The notes under the pieces are model-generated. The model ran no database searches. It saw nothing but the letters and a program-made list of their open reading frames with translations, and was not told the DNA's origin. Below, piece by piece: positions 1 through 10,367 of a stretch of DNA of 64,000 nucleotides. The DNA comes from a virus. The stretch lies in IMG/VR virus record IMGVR_UViG_3300033156_000775, positions 1 through 64,000 of that record; one strand, given 5' to 3'. Position 1 is the first letter of the stretch; each line of letters starts with the position of its first letter. A program made the position numbers and the translations under genes.

Positions 1-1
1 A

Positions 2-388
2 GAGAAAGCTATAGCTGTTGTCACAGCTGATGGTGAGGTTCTGGAAGCTAAACGTACTGGATATGGAACAAACAATGAAGCTGAATATGAAGCCTGTATT
101 CGAGGACTTGAAATTGCTATTGATGAAGGATGGAAGGACATTGAAGTATGTTTGGACTCTCAAATAGTTATTTACCAGCTAATGGGCAAATGGAAAGCCC
201 AGGATAAGTTTCACCATTATATTGACCGGTTTAACGATCTGTCCAAGCAATTTGATAGTTTACAAATTACTTATGTCAGGAGTAGAGTTAATTTAGCTGA
301 TGCTGAGGTTAAGAAGCTCCTGGATATAAATGAGATTCCCATGTTTAAGATCACTAAGGAGGAATTGTCAAGTGGAAAGAATACTTGA
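2..388 (+). CDS. rnhA: Ribonuclease HI (archaeal type), 5'-truncated by window edge
   Basis: The frame is open from base 2 and reads TNNEAEYEACIRGL...DSQIV..Q..G.WK...NLAD, the RNase HI motifs. Confidence 0.85.
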   Translation, partial: EKAIAVVTADGEVLEAKRTGYGTNNEAEYEACIRGLEIAIDEGWKDIEVCLDSQIVIYQLMGKWKAQDKFHHYIDRFNDLSKQFDSLQITYVRSRVNLADAEVKKLLDINEIPMFKITKEELSSGKNT

Positions 389-1400
389 AGAGTTTAAAAG
401 GAAATACTGGAGGAAGATAAGGAAAAAGCCTAATGTATCTGGATATTCAGGTATCCTACATCCCAGAATAAAGGATGGTAAGGAGATATCTGGAACTAAA
501 TGTATAAGGATCTATGTAGAGAGGAAAGTTCCATTATGCTCTTTATCGCCTAAAGAGAGGATTCCTAGACAGCTAGAGCTAAGTGGATCATCAATAGAGA
601 CAGATATAGTTGTCCTTCCAAAAATAAGGTTCATGGACGGTGTAGTCCGGACTACACCTGAGGATCATCAGAAACGTTACAGACCAGCTCCAGCTGGAGT
701 ATCATGTATCCATAAAGATGGGACAGCATGTACTCTCTCTTGGTTCTTTAAGAAGGACTGTAAGGTCTATGTTGCTCTCAATAACCATTGTGGGAGTTTA
801 GAAAATACTGCAAAGATTGAAGATGAGTGGCTACAGCCTAGTCCCGATGATGGAGGAGAGTTTCCAAGAGACATCATAGCTAAGCTAGCTTTCTATATCC
901 CTACAAAGTATAATGGATACAAATGTCCATACAGGAACTTTGCTTATAAGATCTATAAGGGGCTTTATTATTTGACACACTTCAAGCCATACGAAGCTAT
1001 AAATTATGTGGACATATCATTTGGAGAGCCTACTAACTTAGAGGACTTGTCATTCACAATCTATGGGATAGAAGGTAAAGTCGTAGGTAAAGGGGAACAC
1101 AGGAAGGGACTCAAGGTCTACAAGTCAGGTAGAACCACAGCTGTTACTGAAGGGACAATAGACGACCCCAGCTGGAACGGATATGTCTATGGTAGAAGGG
1201 GAACAGCATGGTATGAAGATTGCGTCCTAGTTAAGGGGAAATGTGCAGGTGGGGATAGTGGAAGTCCCATTGTCTCAATAGCTCATAATGGTTTGCTTTA
1301 TCATGGAGCTTTATTTGCTGGTAGCGATCAGGGAGTTTTCATCTACTGTAAGGTTGAGAATATAGAGAAGATAGCTGGTGTAGAGCTAGTAACAACTTAA
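372..1400 (+). CDS. Trypsin-like (PA clan) serine protease
   Basis: Catalytic motifs NNHC, VDIS and GGDSGS. GTG at 372 follows GGAGG (the ORF track starts at 330). Confidence 0.75.
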   Translation: MERILEEFKRKYWRKIRKKPNVSGYSGILHPRIKDGKEISGTKCIRIYVERKVPLCSLSPKERIPRQLELSGSSIETDIVVLPKIRFMDGVVRTTPEDHQKRYRPAPAGVSCIHKDGTACTLSWFFKKDCKVYVALNNHCGSLENTAKIEDEWLQPSPDDGGEFPRDIIAKLAFYIPTKYNGYKCPYRNFAYKIYKGLYYLTHFKPYEAINYVDISFGEPTNLEDLSFTIYGIEGKVVGKGEHRKGLKVYKSGRTTAVTEGTIDDPSWNGYVYGRRGTAWYEDCVLVKGKCAGGDSGSPIVSIAHNGLLYHGALFAGSDQGVFIYCKVENIEKIAGVELVTT

Positions 1401-1437
1401 ATATCTCTTAATTTAAAGAATTAGAGGAGGGAAATGT

Positions 1438-1650
1438 ATGTCTGAGGAAGAGGAAATAGTGGAGAAGACTAAACTGGACATGATAGTGGAGGCACTGTCC
1501 AAGGCTACAGCTCCAATAGTGGTGTTCTTCCTGTTATTCTGTATCTTAGCTGGTTTGCTATATAGAGGGGCATTGTCAGCTCAGGATTTTAAGGAGCTTG
1601 TACTAGCTGATGGAATAGTGTCCGCTATACTTAAGCTGGTTAAAGAGTGA
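1438..1650 (+). CDS. Small membrane protein (holin-like candidate)
   Basis: 70 aa with a hydrophobic segment; GGAGG upstream. Confidence 0.45.
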   Translation: MSEEEEIVEKTKLDMIVEALSKATAPIVVFFLLFCILAGLLYRGALSAQDFKELVLADGIVSAILKLVKE

Positions 1651-1655
1651 GATAA

Positions 1656-3041
1656 ATGAGGGTCATCAGGAGAAGGAGAGCTCCTCCTGTAGAGAAGGTC
1701 TCTATAGAGAGCCTAGCTGCTAGTCCTGAAGAAAGGACTCAAATGTGGTCTACCCTAGAAGAGAGAATAACCTCCACAGTAAGCAAGGAGCAGCTAGAGA
1801 AGCTCTACCACGTTGACGGTTTGATATTTGCTCAAGTGAATGACTACGTAATGTACATTGTTAGGCCAGGATTCTATTTCCTGTCTGACAATACGGACTT
1901 GGTAAGGGAATGCGAGAAGTGGGCTGAGGACGTTAACTTACTAGCCCTAATGGAGGAAGTTGTGAGAGACATATTTGTGACCGGGGCTGGCAATGCGTTC
2001 CTTGAGCTCGGATATACTGAGGATAGTAGAGACATTCTTAAGCTTAGGGTTATTAATCCTAAGACTGGAATAGGCTATATCAGGGATAAACGTACAAAAT
2101 CCGTTAAGCTAGATGAGAACTTTGAACCTCTAGGCTTCATACAGGAAAAGAACATGCTTGGACAGAAGGTGGAATGGTACAGGGACAGGATACTGGTGGA
2201 CGGTAAGAAGGTATGGAGCCCCAAGTACCCAGGGGACGATGGTAGAGACCGTATAGCACACTTCAAGCTATTCGGACTTGGAGAATCTATGCTTGGACAG
2301 AGTCCATTGGAGACAATATTCAAGCAGGCATTGATACGTCTTAACCTAGAAGACAATGTAGGGGAAGGTGGATTTAGATCTGGAGCTGTAATTGCCTATG
2401 TTGGGGAGTCAGGTAAGCCTCCAGTTAAGGATGCTGATGTTGAGAGCGTAGTTAACATCCTTAAGCGGATAACGGTAGACAGTATCTTTGGATTCAAGCA
2501 TAACGTACGTGTAGAGAGGTTTCCATCCCCAGACATAAAAGACAGAGACAGCCTGATAAGATACTTTGCTGATGTCCAGTCAGCTGGGATGGGTATCCCT
2601 CTAGCTAAGTACTTCACCAGTGGAGTGGGACAGAGACGTAGGGACCTTGAGCTCATGAATCTGGACTTTGAATATAGAGTTATAGCTCTACAGGATAGGT
2701 TAGCTGAGCAGATGAGGGAGAAGCTATTCTACAGAGTCCTGAAAGCCAGGGGAAGAGTGAAAAGGCTAAGTGAAGTTCCTAAGGTAGTGTTTAGGAGGAA
2801 GACTCCCATGATGCAGAGACAGCGTAGCTCGGACATCTCAAGGCTGTTCAGGAGGGACATACTAACATGGGACCCTGAGCTGGAGAAGCTCCTAAGAGAG
2901 GAGTTTGGGCTTCCAACATCATTTGTGGACAAGACACTTGGACTGTGGAGGAAGTACTGGAAGTCCAAGAAAAAGGAAAATGCTAGTCCAGAAGACATAG
3001 AGGACATTTTTAGAGAAGCACTGGAAGAGATGGGGGACTAA
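1656..3041 (+). CDS. Portal protein
   Basis: 461 aa with portal-like motifs (GNAFLEL, IAHFK..LGES.LGQSPLE, AGMGIP); viral context. Confidence 0.75.
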   Translation: MRVIRRRRAPPVEKVSIESLAASPEERTQMWSTLEERITSTVSKEQLEKLYHVDGLIFAQVNDYVMYIVRPGFYFLSDNTDLVRECEKWAEDVNLLALMEEVVRDIFVTGAGNAFLELGYTEDSRDILKLRVINPKTGIGYIRDKRTKSVKLDENFEPLGFIQEKNMLGQKVEWYRDRILVDGKKVWSPKYPGDDGRDRIAHFKLFGLGESMLGQSPLETIFKQALIRLNLEDNVGEGGFRSGAVIAYVGESGKPPVKDADVESVVNILKRITVDSIFGFKHNVRVERFPSPDIKDRDSLIRYFADVQSAGMGIPLAKYFTSGVGQRRRDLELMNLDFEYRVIALQDRLAEQMREKLFYRVLKARGRVKRLSEVPKVVFRRKTPMMQRQRSSDISRLFRRDILTWDPELEKLLREEFGLPTSFVDKTLGLWRKYWKSKKKENASPEDIEDIFREALEEMGD

Positions 3042-3248
3042 GCCTTAAAGAGGATAGAATGTGACAGATGTCACAGAAAGTTTAAAGAGTCCAAGCTATT
3101 TGACACTCTTGATGGAAGAAAGCTATGTGTAAGATGCTTTAGAAAAAGCAGTCCGGCTGTTAGTGTGTCGTTGAATAGGTCACTTAAAGTGTTTAATAGG
3201 AGGAATAAGAAATCAAATCTAAAGTCCAAGCATCTAAAGAGGAGCTAG
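3042..3248 (+). CDS. Small Zn-finger ORF with no AUG start
   Basis: Open frame ALKRIECDRC...LCVRC, in frame directly after the portal TAA. Confidence 0.4.
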   Translation, partial: ALKRIECDRCHRKFKESKLFDTLDGRKLCVRCFRKSSPAVSVSLNRSLKVFNRRNKKSNLKSKHLKRS

Positions 3249-4372
3249 AAGACCTCTACTGGGATAGAGGGCTAAGTACTAAAGAGATAGGACAGAAATT
3301 TGGAGTGTCAGAGGCTGCTATTAGGAGGATAATGGACAAGTACGGGATTCCTAGACGTAGCAATTCAGATGCACATTTAAATTATTATAGGAGAACAACT
3401 AGGAATGATCCTGAACCCTCAATAGCTTCGTTAGAAGATCTATTAGCAAATCTACAAGCTGCTAGTCCAGTTGATTATGATCCTCCAAACAGAGAGAACC
3501 TGTCTATCCCAGTTCCTCTTAAATGTCTAGAGAAGAACAGGAAGCTGGATGCAACAGTCACATTAGTTTTGTCCGATCTACATCTTGGACACGAGAACCA
3601 TCTTCCTGACACCTATTGGAGCACCATCGGCAACCTGTGTAGGGTATTAAAGGCCATTACATGGATGTTCAACATCAAGAGAGCCTCTCTAGTGCTAAAT
3701 GGGGATATTGTGTCTGGAGTTGGAGTGTACCGTGGACAGGAATTCCAGAACATAGTTTCCAGGGGACACTGGCAGGTGTTTGTAGCTGAGGTTGTTATAG
3801 AGAGGACTATGAAGCGGATAGAAGAATATGTTGGTTTAGACAGGATCTACTTAGTCAAGGGGACACATGAATCTAGAGAAAGCAACTACATGCTCTACTT
3901 AAGGAAAATATTTCATCCATTGTCCGTTTATTCTAGTAAGTCTCTCATCCTCAATGTTGCTGATCCAATTGGAAAATATAACATATTGTTTACTCATGGT
4001 AGAGGTAGATCATCCTATTATCCAGTTTCCTATGAGCAGATTAGGAACATATGGAAGGCTGTTAGGCAGCTAGATGTTCCAGTAGAGAAGGTCTGTGTGG
4101 GCCACAGCCACTGGCTGACTCCTGAGCTAGACTTGGAAGGAGTATCTGTATGTGTTACTGGAGGATTCCAGAAATGGGAGTACACTGTCCCTCAGCGTCC
4201 ATGTGGCATGCTACTAATATTGTACTGTGACGGTGAGGCCAGTGTGGTTCCTGTTAGACCTGATCCCCAGATAGAAGCTAGAGAAAAGAATGAACCTGCA
4301 CTGGAATACAAGAACATGAGATACTATGCTGAGCTGCTTTCTGAACATATGAAGAATGAACCTGCTAATTAA
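3212..4372 (+). CDS. HTH + calcineurin-like metallophosphoesterase
   Basis: N-terminal EELEDLYWDRGLSTKEIGQKFGVSEAAIRRIMDKYGIPRR (HTH), then SDLH, GDIV, GTHE, THG, GHSH. The frame is open from ATC 3212, after GGAGG. Confidence 0.75.
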   Translation: MKSKVQASKEELEDLYWDRGLSTKEIGQKFGVSEAAIRRIMDKYGIPRRSNSDAHLNYYRRTTRNDPEPSIASLEDLLANLQAASPVDYDPPNRENLSIPVPLKCLEKNRKLDATVTLVLSDLHLGHENHLPDTYWSTIGNLCRVLKAITWMFNIKRASLVLNGDIVSGVGVYRGQEFQNIVSRGHWQVFVAEVVIERTMKRIEEYVGLDRIYLVKGTHESRESNYMLYLRKIFHPLSVYSSKSLILNVADPIGKYNILFTHGRGRSSYYPVSYEQIRNIWKAVRQLDVPVEKVCVGHSHWLTPELDLEGVSVCVTGGFQKWEYTVPQRPCGMLLILYCDGEASVVPVRPDPQIEAREKNEPALEYKNMRYYAELLSEHMKNEPAN

Positions 4373-4384
4373 TGGTGAGTCGGT

Positions 4385-4678
4385 ATGAAGCGGAATAGTC
4401 TATTAGAGAAGCTACTGAATGAGGAATATGTCAGGAGCCTAAGTGAACGGAGATATAAAGAGCTTATGTTCTGTAAGGAGATACTATCAGAGGATGAACT
4501 TAGACAGTACAGCTCAATAAGTGTGGCGTACTCAGTAGCTAGGAACAAATTGATAGAGGAGATACTGCCAAAAATAGATGAGGAGCTAGCCTTCATAGCT
4601 AAACATAAGCATTTCAACACTATACATGCCTATGAATACTACAGGGACAAGATACAGAGCGTCCTAGATGAGATGTAG
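4385..4678 (+). CDS. Hypothetical protein
   Basis: ORF with GGTGA RBS; stop codon lies inside a palindrome copy. Confidence 0.55.
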   Translation: MKRNSLLEKLLNEEYVRSLSERRYKELMFCKEILSEDELRQYSSISVAYSVARNKLIEEILPKIDEELAFIAKHKHFNTIHAYEYYRDKIQSVLDEM

Positions 4679-4723
4679 TCCGGACTACAAATGTTTTTCT
4701 AACTGACATTTGAGCTTCATTCC

Positions 4724-5950
4724 TTGGGAGCTCAAATGTCCAGTGATCGTAGTAACTTCCTATTCTTATGGCATAGTGTTAGTGCTCAAATAAGATCTGG
4801 CTATGGCGGATGTACTAGACATATAGTAGGAAGGCTAGCTAAGAAGGGATTTAGATTTGTAACTACACATTACTATGGTATAGACCCTGGTGGAGTGCTA
4901 GTGCTAAATGGAGTTCCAGCTCTACCTGCCAAGACAGGTAGCTTTGGAGAGCTGTCTGTAAGACACTACGTTAACACATTAAAACCGAACATGGTGTGGT
5001 TGCATACTGACCCATGGGCCTTCCCTTGGATGGTGAGTTTACCATGCTTGACTGGTAGCTATGGACCCTTAGATCATATTCTTTATCCAGAGAATCTTCA
5101 GCAACTCATGAGGCAATATAATTATAGAGTGGCCCCTGCTAAGTTTACAGTAGAGGAGTGGGCTAAGTATGACCCTCCAGTGTACTTCGACTGGATACCT
5201 CATGGTGTAGAGACCTCTGTCTACAAACCAATGGACAAGGCTGAAGCTAAGCGATTCTATAAGATAGACCCAGAGTCATTTGTAATGGGAATGGTTGGTG
5301 CTAATAGTGATAAAGAGCCGAGAAAGGGATGGACATTGATGTTCAAGGCTATCAGGATGTTCCTAGATAACAATCCTGATGTAAGAAACTTTAAATGTGT
5401 AGTGTACACTAACCCTAAAGATCAAAGAGGAATAGATATTGAGCTGTTCCTTAAGAAGTATAAGCTAACAGACATTTCCGTTACACAGTCTCCATTCCTG
5501 TTTGAAACAGGGATCAAGGATGAGGAGATGGCTAGACTGTACAATGCATTTGATGTACTGCTACATGCATCGTACCGTGAAGGATTTGGGCTTTGCATGT
5601 ATGAGGCAATGAGCTGTGGAGTCCCAGTAATAGCCCATGACTTCAGCTCAATGACCGAGGCTGTTGTAGAGGAGAATGGCACTAGACATGGATGGCTTGC
5701 TAAGACAGCTGTCTATGTTGACACCCCTATAGGTGCTACCAGTGCCATCCCAGACGTCTACTCCATAGAGAAATGTATAGAGAAAGCATACTTTAGGGGA
5801 AAGACTAGACTTAGATATGCTAGGAATGCTAGGAAGTTTGCATTGAAGTTTGACTGGGACAGGATAGTCAATGAGATGTGGACTCCATACCTGGACAGAA
5901 TAATAGAGGAGAACCGGCCTAAGGATCTTAGCAAACGTAAGCTTGTGTAG
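4724..5950 (+). CDS. Glycosyltransferase family 4 (GT-B)
   Basis: SGYG, IPHGV, RKG and EGFGL..YEAMSCGVPVI motifs. Confidence 0.9.
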   Translation: MGAQMSSDRSNFLFLWHSVSAQIRSGYGGCTRHIVGRLAKKGFRFVTTHYYGIDPGGVLVLNGVPALPAKTGSFGELSVRHYVNTLKPNMVWLHTDPWAFPWMVSLPCLTGSYGPLDHILYPENLQQLMRQYNYRVAPAKFTVEEWAKYDPPVYFDWIPHGVETSVYKPMDKAEAKRFYKIDPESFVMGMVGANSDKEPRKGWTLMFKAIRMFLDNNPDVRNFKCVVYTNPKDQRGIDIELFLKKYKLTDISVTQSPFLFETGIKDEEMARLYNAFDVLLHASYREGFGLCMYEAMSCGVPVIAHDFSSMTEAVVEENGTRHGWLAKTAVYVDTPIGATSAIPDVYSIEKCIEKAYFRGKTRLRYARNARKFALKFDWDRIVNEMWTPYLDRIIEENRPKDLSKRKLV

Positions 5951-5982
5951 TCCGGACTACACTTTAAGGTGTGTAATTAGAT

Positions 5983-7825
5983 ATGGCTAGAAATAAGCTT
6001 CCAGACATCATGGCTGGCTGTATGGTTAAAAGTGTTTGAGTATGGCAAGAGCAGTGACAGGACTCTAGACCTAATCAAGGTCTTCAAGAAAGAGTCTGGC
6101 TTCAACGTTGAAGTGTATCAGGAGCCAAGTGACATCTACCTTAAAAAGTATGGTACACATGCATCTGGATGTGTACTTAGAGACTTCCAGTCCCTGATGA
6201 TGGACAATGAGGACTATTTTCTTATGCTGGACTCACATATAATGAGTGCTCCTAAGGATTATATTGAGAGGCTACTGTTCATAGACACTGATATTTCAGC
6301 TCCATATGTGTGGAATGAGGGACACACCCATTTCTATGACAGCTGGTGCTTCAGGATAGACAATAAAAGGTTCTCTCCATTCCATCCTCCAGACCAGCTA
6401 TACTGCTTCGAAGTTGACAGTGTAGGCACCACGTGGCTAGCTACTAGAGAGTCATTCCTAAACACATTTGTCTCCACCAACCCACTGAGCTTCTTCTACA
6501 ATGCAAGGACAATGGGATATGATGTTGTAGTAGACCCTAAGACACGTGTCGTACACTCAGACCTGACCAAATATGGGATAGTTAAGCTTCCTCCTCCACC
6601 TGAGCTTGGATACTATCCTAGTGAGGGGCTAGTTGACTCTTCCTTCCCAGTCACACCATACAAGAAGACAAGCAAGTCCATCTTCCATCGGACTTTGTAT
6701 GATAGCTTATGGTATTTCGTAGAGCTTAAAGCTCTTGAAGAGTGGTGTGTGAGCCCTATATACAAAAAAAGGACGTTGAGGACATGTAGAAGCTTTGTTG
6801 ACATGAACACGTTCTTCTGTACCAGAGATCCCTTCAAGATTAACGTAATGTACAAGGTTGAGATGTATCCTAGATATATAGAGGTAGAGCTGTCCAACAT
6901 TTGCCCCTTCAAGTGTATATGGTGTGAAAGGACATATCTTGAAGAAGAGCCTAGGCTGATGAGCTGGAAGGAATTCATGCTTATAATGAGCAACTTCCCT
7001 GACCTAGCTCAGATGTCGTTTACTGGTATAGGGGAGGCATGGACCAACCCTATTTTCCTAGATTGTATTAAGTATATAAAAGAGAGAGGAGTGTTCTTTG
7101 AGCAATATGACAACATGCAATTCATCACTAAAGAGAGAGCTGAAAAGCTAGTTAAGTATGGGGTTGAAAGAATAATTATCTCTCTAGATGCAGCTACTAA
7201 GAAGACTTATGAGAGAGTTAGAGTTGGACATAAATGGGATAAGATGCTGGATGGGCTTCGATATTTACAAAGAGCTAAGAAGAAGTTTAACGCTTACTAC
7301 CCAGTTATTGGGATTCACTTTGTTATTAACAAGGCTAATGTCCATGAAGCTCTAGACGTGTTAGATTTAGCTAAGCAGCTAGGAGTAGACTTTGTGTTCT
7401 ATAATAGGCTCCTACATAATTATCCAGAAATAAGTCACCTATACATGGAGATCCCTGAGTCCCTTAGAAGGGACATCATGGAGAGAGCTGGGGACCTGAG
7501 CATCAGGATCTCAATCAACCAGCCAGCTCAGGGAAAGCTACCTCCATTGAATGCATGTGTAGCACTGTTCCAGCCCTTCTTCCTAGTCAATGGAGATGTC
7601 ATCACTTGCTGTGCCCAACATGAGCATAATAAGCGTGACTGGGAAAAGGCAATGAAAATGGGCAACATATTTGAGGCTAGGGACTTCAGGAAGATATGGT
7701 ATGGCAAACGCTACAGACATCTGAGGAATCTCCTATACCAGAACAGACTTCCAGAGTACTGTATTGACTGTCCAGTATATGAGTGGAGAGGACACAAAGT
7801 ACACAAGGCAGTTGATTTAGAATGA
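5983..7825 (+). CDS. GT2-like glycosyltransferase fused to radical SAM/SPASM domain (frame break near 6030)
   Basis: FLMLDS..EVDSVGT (GT-A-like), CPFKCIWC (CxxxCxxC), and SPASM C..NGDVITCC..CIDC. The likely N-terminus MARNKLPDIMAGCMVK (5983-6039) is in another frame from ORF 6032. Confidence 0.8.
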
Positions 7826-8763
7826 GAATATTGATTCTTAACCCATCATTCAGAGTGTATGGTGGAGCTGAACTGGCCATCGTCAAGCTAGCTAATTATC
7901 TAAGAAACAGAGGAGACTCTGTTACAATCTATACTCTTGAAATGTCCAGTGAAGTAAAAAGAGATCTTGAAGGGACAAGTATTGAACTGTTTAAATCAAT
8001 TGAGGACTTAAGGAAACATCTCCATGGGACATATGACAGCTATGAGGTGATTAACTCTCACAACCATCCTATGGAGCTAATGCTTTATCCAATAAACTAT
8101 CCTCATATATGGTTCCACAATGAGCCTCCTGAGTATGTGCTGTATGGAAGGAGGCTTTCCCTATCAGAGAAGGCAATAGTCGTAAAGACAGTGGACAAGA
8201 TAGTATCAGCTACAATAGTTCCCTTTGGAGTTGACACCACGTTCTTTGACAGGGCTAAGGCTAATCCAGCTAGGGCTGAGATGAAGCTCGGACTACATGA
8301 ATCAGACTTTGTAGTGTTACATCCAGGATGGTTCAGCCCCTTCAAGAATCAATTTAGAACCCTATTAGCGTATACTGAGCTTCGGGACAAAGTCCCCAAC
8401 CTTAAGGTTGTGTTTCCAGGTATGACAAATACAGATTACTACAAGTACATTGCCAGAGCCATCAAGATCCATAGCCTAGATGGGATTGTTATTCCTGGAT
8501 TCATATCTAGAGAGCTTATGAGAGACCTCTATGCAAGATGCAATGTAGCTGTCTTTCCATACAGAGAGCAAGGTGGATTCCTAAGCATATTTGAAGCCCT
8601 AGCTATGGAGTGTAACGTCATAGTGTCTCCTGAATCTCCATGTATAGAATACATTGAAGAGAATGGTCTTTGCATAGTATCCAATAATCTGGAAGATGAG
8701 ATAATAAGGATTTATAAGGGCAAATACGGTTATCCGACAGCTAAAGCTAGGAAGTGGATTTGA
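7822..8763 (+). CDS. Glycosyltransferase family 4
   Basis: MRILIL..YGGAE, KNQ and EQGG..SIFEALA motifs; C-terminus looks truncated. Confidence 0.85.
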   Translation: MRILILNPSFRVYGGAELAIVKLANYLRNRGDSVTIYTLEMSSEVKRDLEGTSIELFKSIEDLRKHLHGTYDSYEVINSHNHPMELMLYPINYPHIWFHNEPPEYVLYGRRLSLSEKAIVVKTVDKIVSATIVPFGVDTTFFDRAKANPARAEMKLGLHESDFVVLHPGWFSPFKNQFRTLLAYTELRDKVPNLKVVFPGMTNTDYYKYIARAIKIHSLDGIVIPGFISRELMRDLYARCNVAVFPYREQGGFLSIFEALAMECNVIVSPESPCIEYIEENGLCIVSNNLEDEIIRIYKGKYGYPTAKARKWI

Positions 8764-9485
8764 AGCATAGAGTTCCAGGATCCATAGAGCCAGGGATATG
8801 TGTAGCTAGCCTCTGCCATAATGAGATATCTATCCTTCCACTCTACTACAAATTTGTAAAGCAGTTTGCAGATACTTGGATTATACTTGATGATGGAAGC
8901 ACTGATGGCAGTGTAGAACACATTAAGAGGCTACAGGATCTTAGAGAGATCGATATAATGCTTGTCTCAAGGCCAGCTTTCCATGTTGCAAAGCATAGAG
9001 TCTATTGGGCTAATTGGAATTATATATTTAGGCTCTGTGACAGAAAATGGACCCTTCTAGGATACCTTGATGAAATAACTTATCCGAACCCAGCTGATTA
9101 TTTCAGGAGAATGATGAAGGAGCATGTAGTCTGGAAGATAGGAAGGGAAGAAATTGTATCCCTAAATCCTTTAAAGTCTCTTGGACGTGAAGGGCCATTT
9201 GTGAGGTTCTTTCCCACAGGATCTACATTCTTTGAAGCTAAAGCACAATCAGCACATGTTGAACATCCTATAACCAAATTACCAATCAAAGAAGCTCCAT
9301 TCAGATTCTTCCATATTGGTAGATGTAGAGAAATAAAGCATATCCAAGAGAAAGAGAGAGCATATGAAGCTTGTGGACCTAGTGCTCTTACCTCTCAATA
9401 TAACCAAGAAAGGAGACTAGAAGATATTAGGAATGCTCATCTTATACCTGACAATGGCTTTACTAACTGGCTGCTAGGAGGGTAG
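8754..9485 (+). CDS. Glycosyltransferase family 2
   Basis: CHNE...ILDDGSTDGS...YLDE motifs. Confidence 0.75.
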   Translation: MDLKHRVPGSIEPGICVASLCHNEISILPLYYKFVKQFADTWIILDDGSTDGSVEHIKRLQDLREIDIMLVSRPAFHVAKHRVYWANWNYIFRLCDRKWTLLGYLDEITYPNPADYFRRMMKEHVVWKIGREEIVSLNPLKSLGREGPFVRFFPTGSTFFEAKAQSAHVEHPITKLPIKEAPFRFFHIGRCREIKHIQEKERAYEACGPSALTSQYNQERRLEDIRNAHLIPDNGFTNWLLGG

Positions 9486-9521
9486 CGTGTAGTCCGGACT
9501 ACACTTTGGGAGTAGAGGTAA

Positions 9522-10367
9522 ATGAGAGAATATGTTCAGCTCTTAAGGCCACGTCTATGGTACAGGAACATCCTATGCTTCATAGCTCTTGTGATTTCTG
9601 GAGCTCTACTAGATTTCTACAATTACCCAACTTTGCTGTTAAGATTTGTAGCTTTATGTCTAGCTTCAAGCTCAGGATATGTGCTTAATGACATCTTAGA
9701 TTATGAGTATGACAGAGCTAATCCTGAGAAAGCTAAGAGACCTATAGCTTCAGGAGCTATATCTTTAAAGAGAGCCTTCTGGGCAGGAGTGCTTCTAGCA
9801 GCATCTTCACTAGCAATGTCCATAAGTCTCAGGACAGTGTTTCCAGTAGCCCTACTAATAAACAACATTCTATATTCTGTGTACTTCAGGAACATAGGCT
9901 TCCTAGATATAGTATCTCTGTCCTCCAACTACCTATTCAGAACTCTAGAGGGATACTCAGCTCTCAATCTGTCCCCAGATCCATATCTCCTGCTATCCAT
10001 ATTCTTCTTTGCTATGCTCATGAGCCTGGGGAAAAGGATAGGTGAGATGAAGCTCCTAGAGGGAAATGTTACTAAGCATAGGAGAAGTCTTCTAGGAATA
10101 AGCTTCAGCTCACTTATAACCCTATCAGCAATATACGCAGCCCTGTTTCTCCTCTTTACCTGCCTCTTCCTAGCTAACAGGATAAGTATATGTGTTATTC
10201 CCCTAGTGGTCTTCCTCACTAGTAGATATATCTCATACCTTGAATCTAGCCCAGCTAAGGTTAGAGATCCAAATAGCCTCCTAAAAGACAAGGTGTTCCT
10301 AGCAGCCTTTGCTATAGGTCTAGCAATTATCCTTGTAGACTTTACATTCAACATCAAGCTCTGGTGA
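9522..10367 (+). CDS. UbiA-family prenyltransferase (decaprenyl-phosphate phosphoribosyltransferase-like)
   Basis: LLRP..WYRN, YVLNDILDYEYDRANPEKAKRPIASG, KR..E; multiple TM helices. Confidence 0.85.
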   Translation: MREYVQLLRPRLWYRNILCFIALVISGALLDFYNYPTLLLRFVALCLASSSGYVLNDILDYEYDRANPEKAKRPIASGAISLKRAFWAGVLLAASSLAMSISLRTVFPVALLINNILYSVYFRNIGFLDIVSLSSNYLFRTLEGYSALNLSPDPYLLLSIFFFAMLMSLGKRIGEMKLLEGNVTKHRRSLLGISFSSLITLSAIYAALFLLFTCLFLANRISICVIPLVVFLTSRYISYLESSPAKVRDPNSLLKDKVFLAAFAIGLAIILVDFTFNIKLW

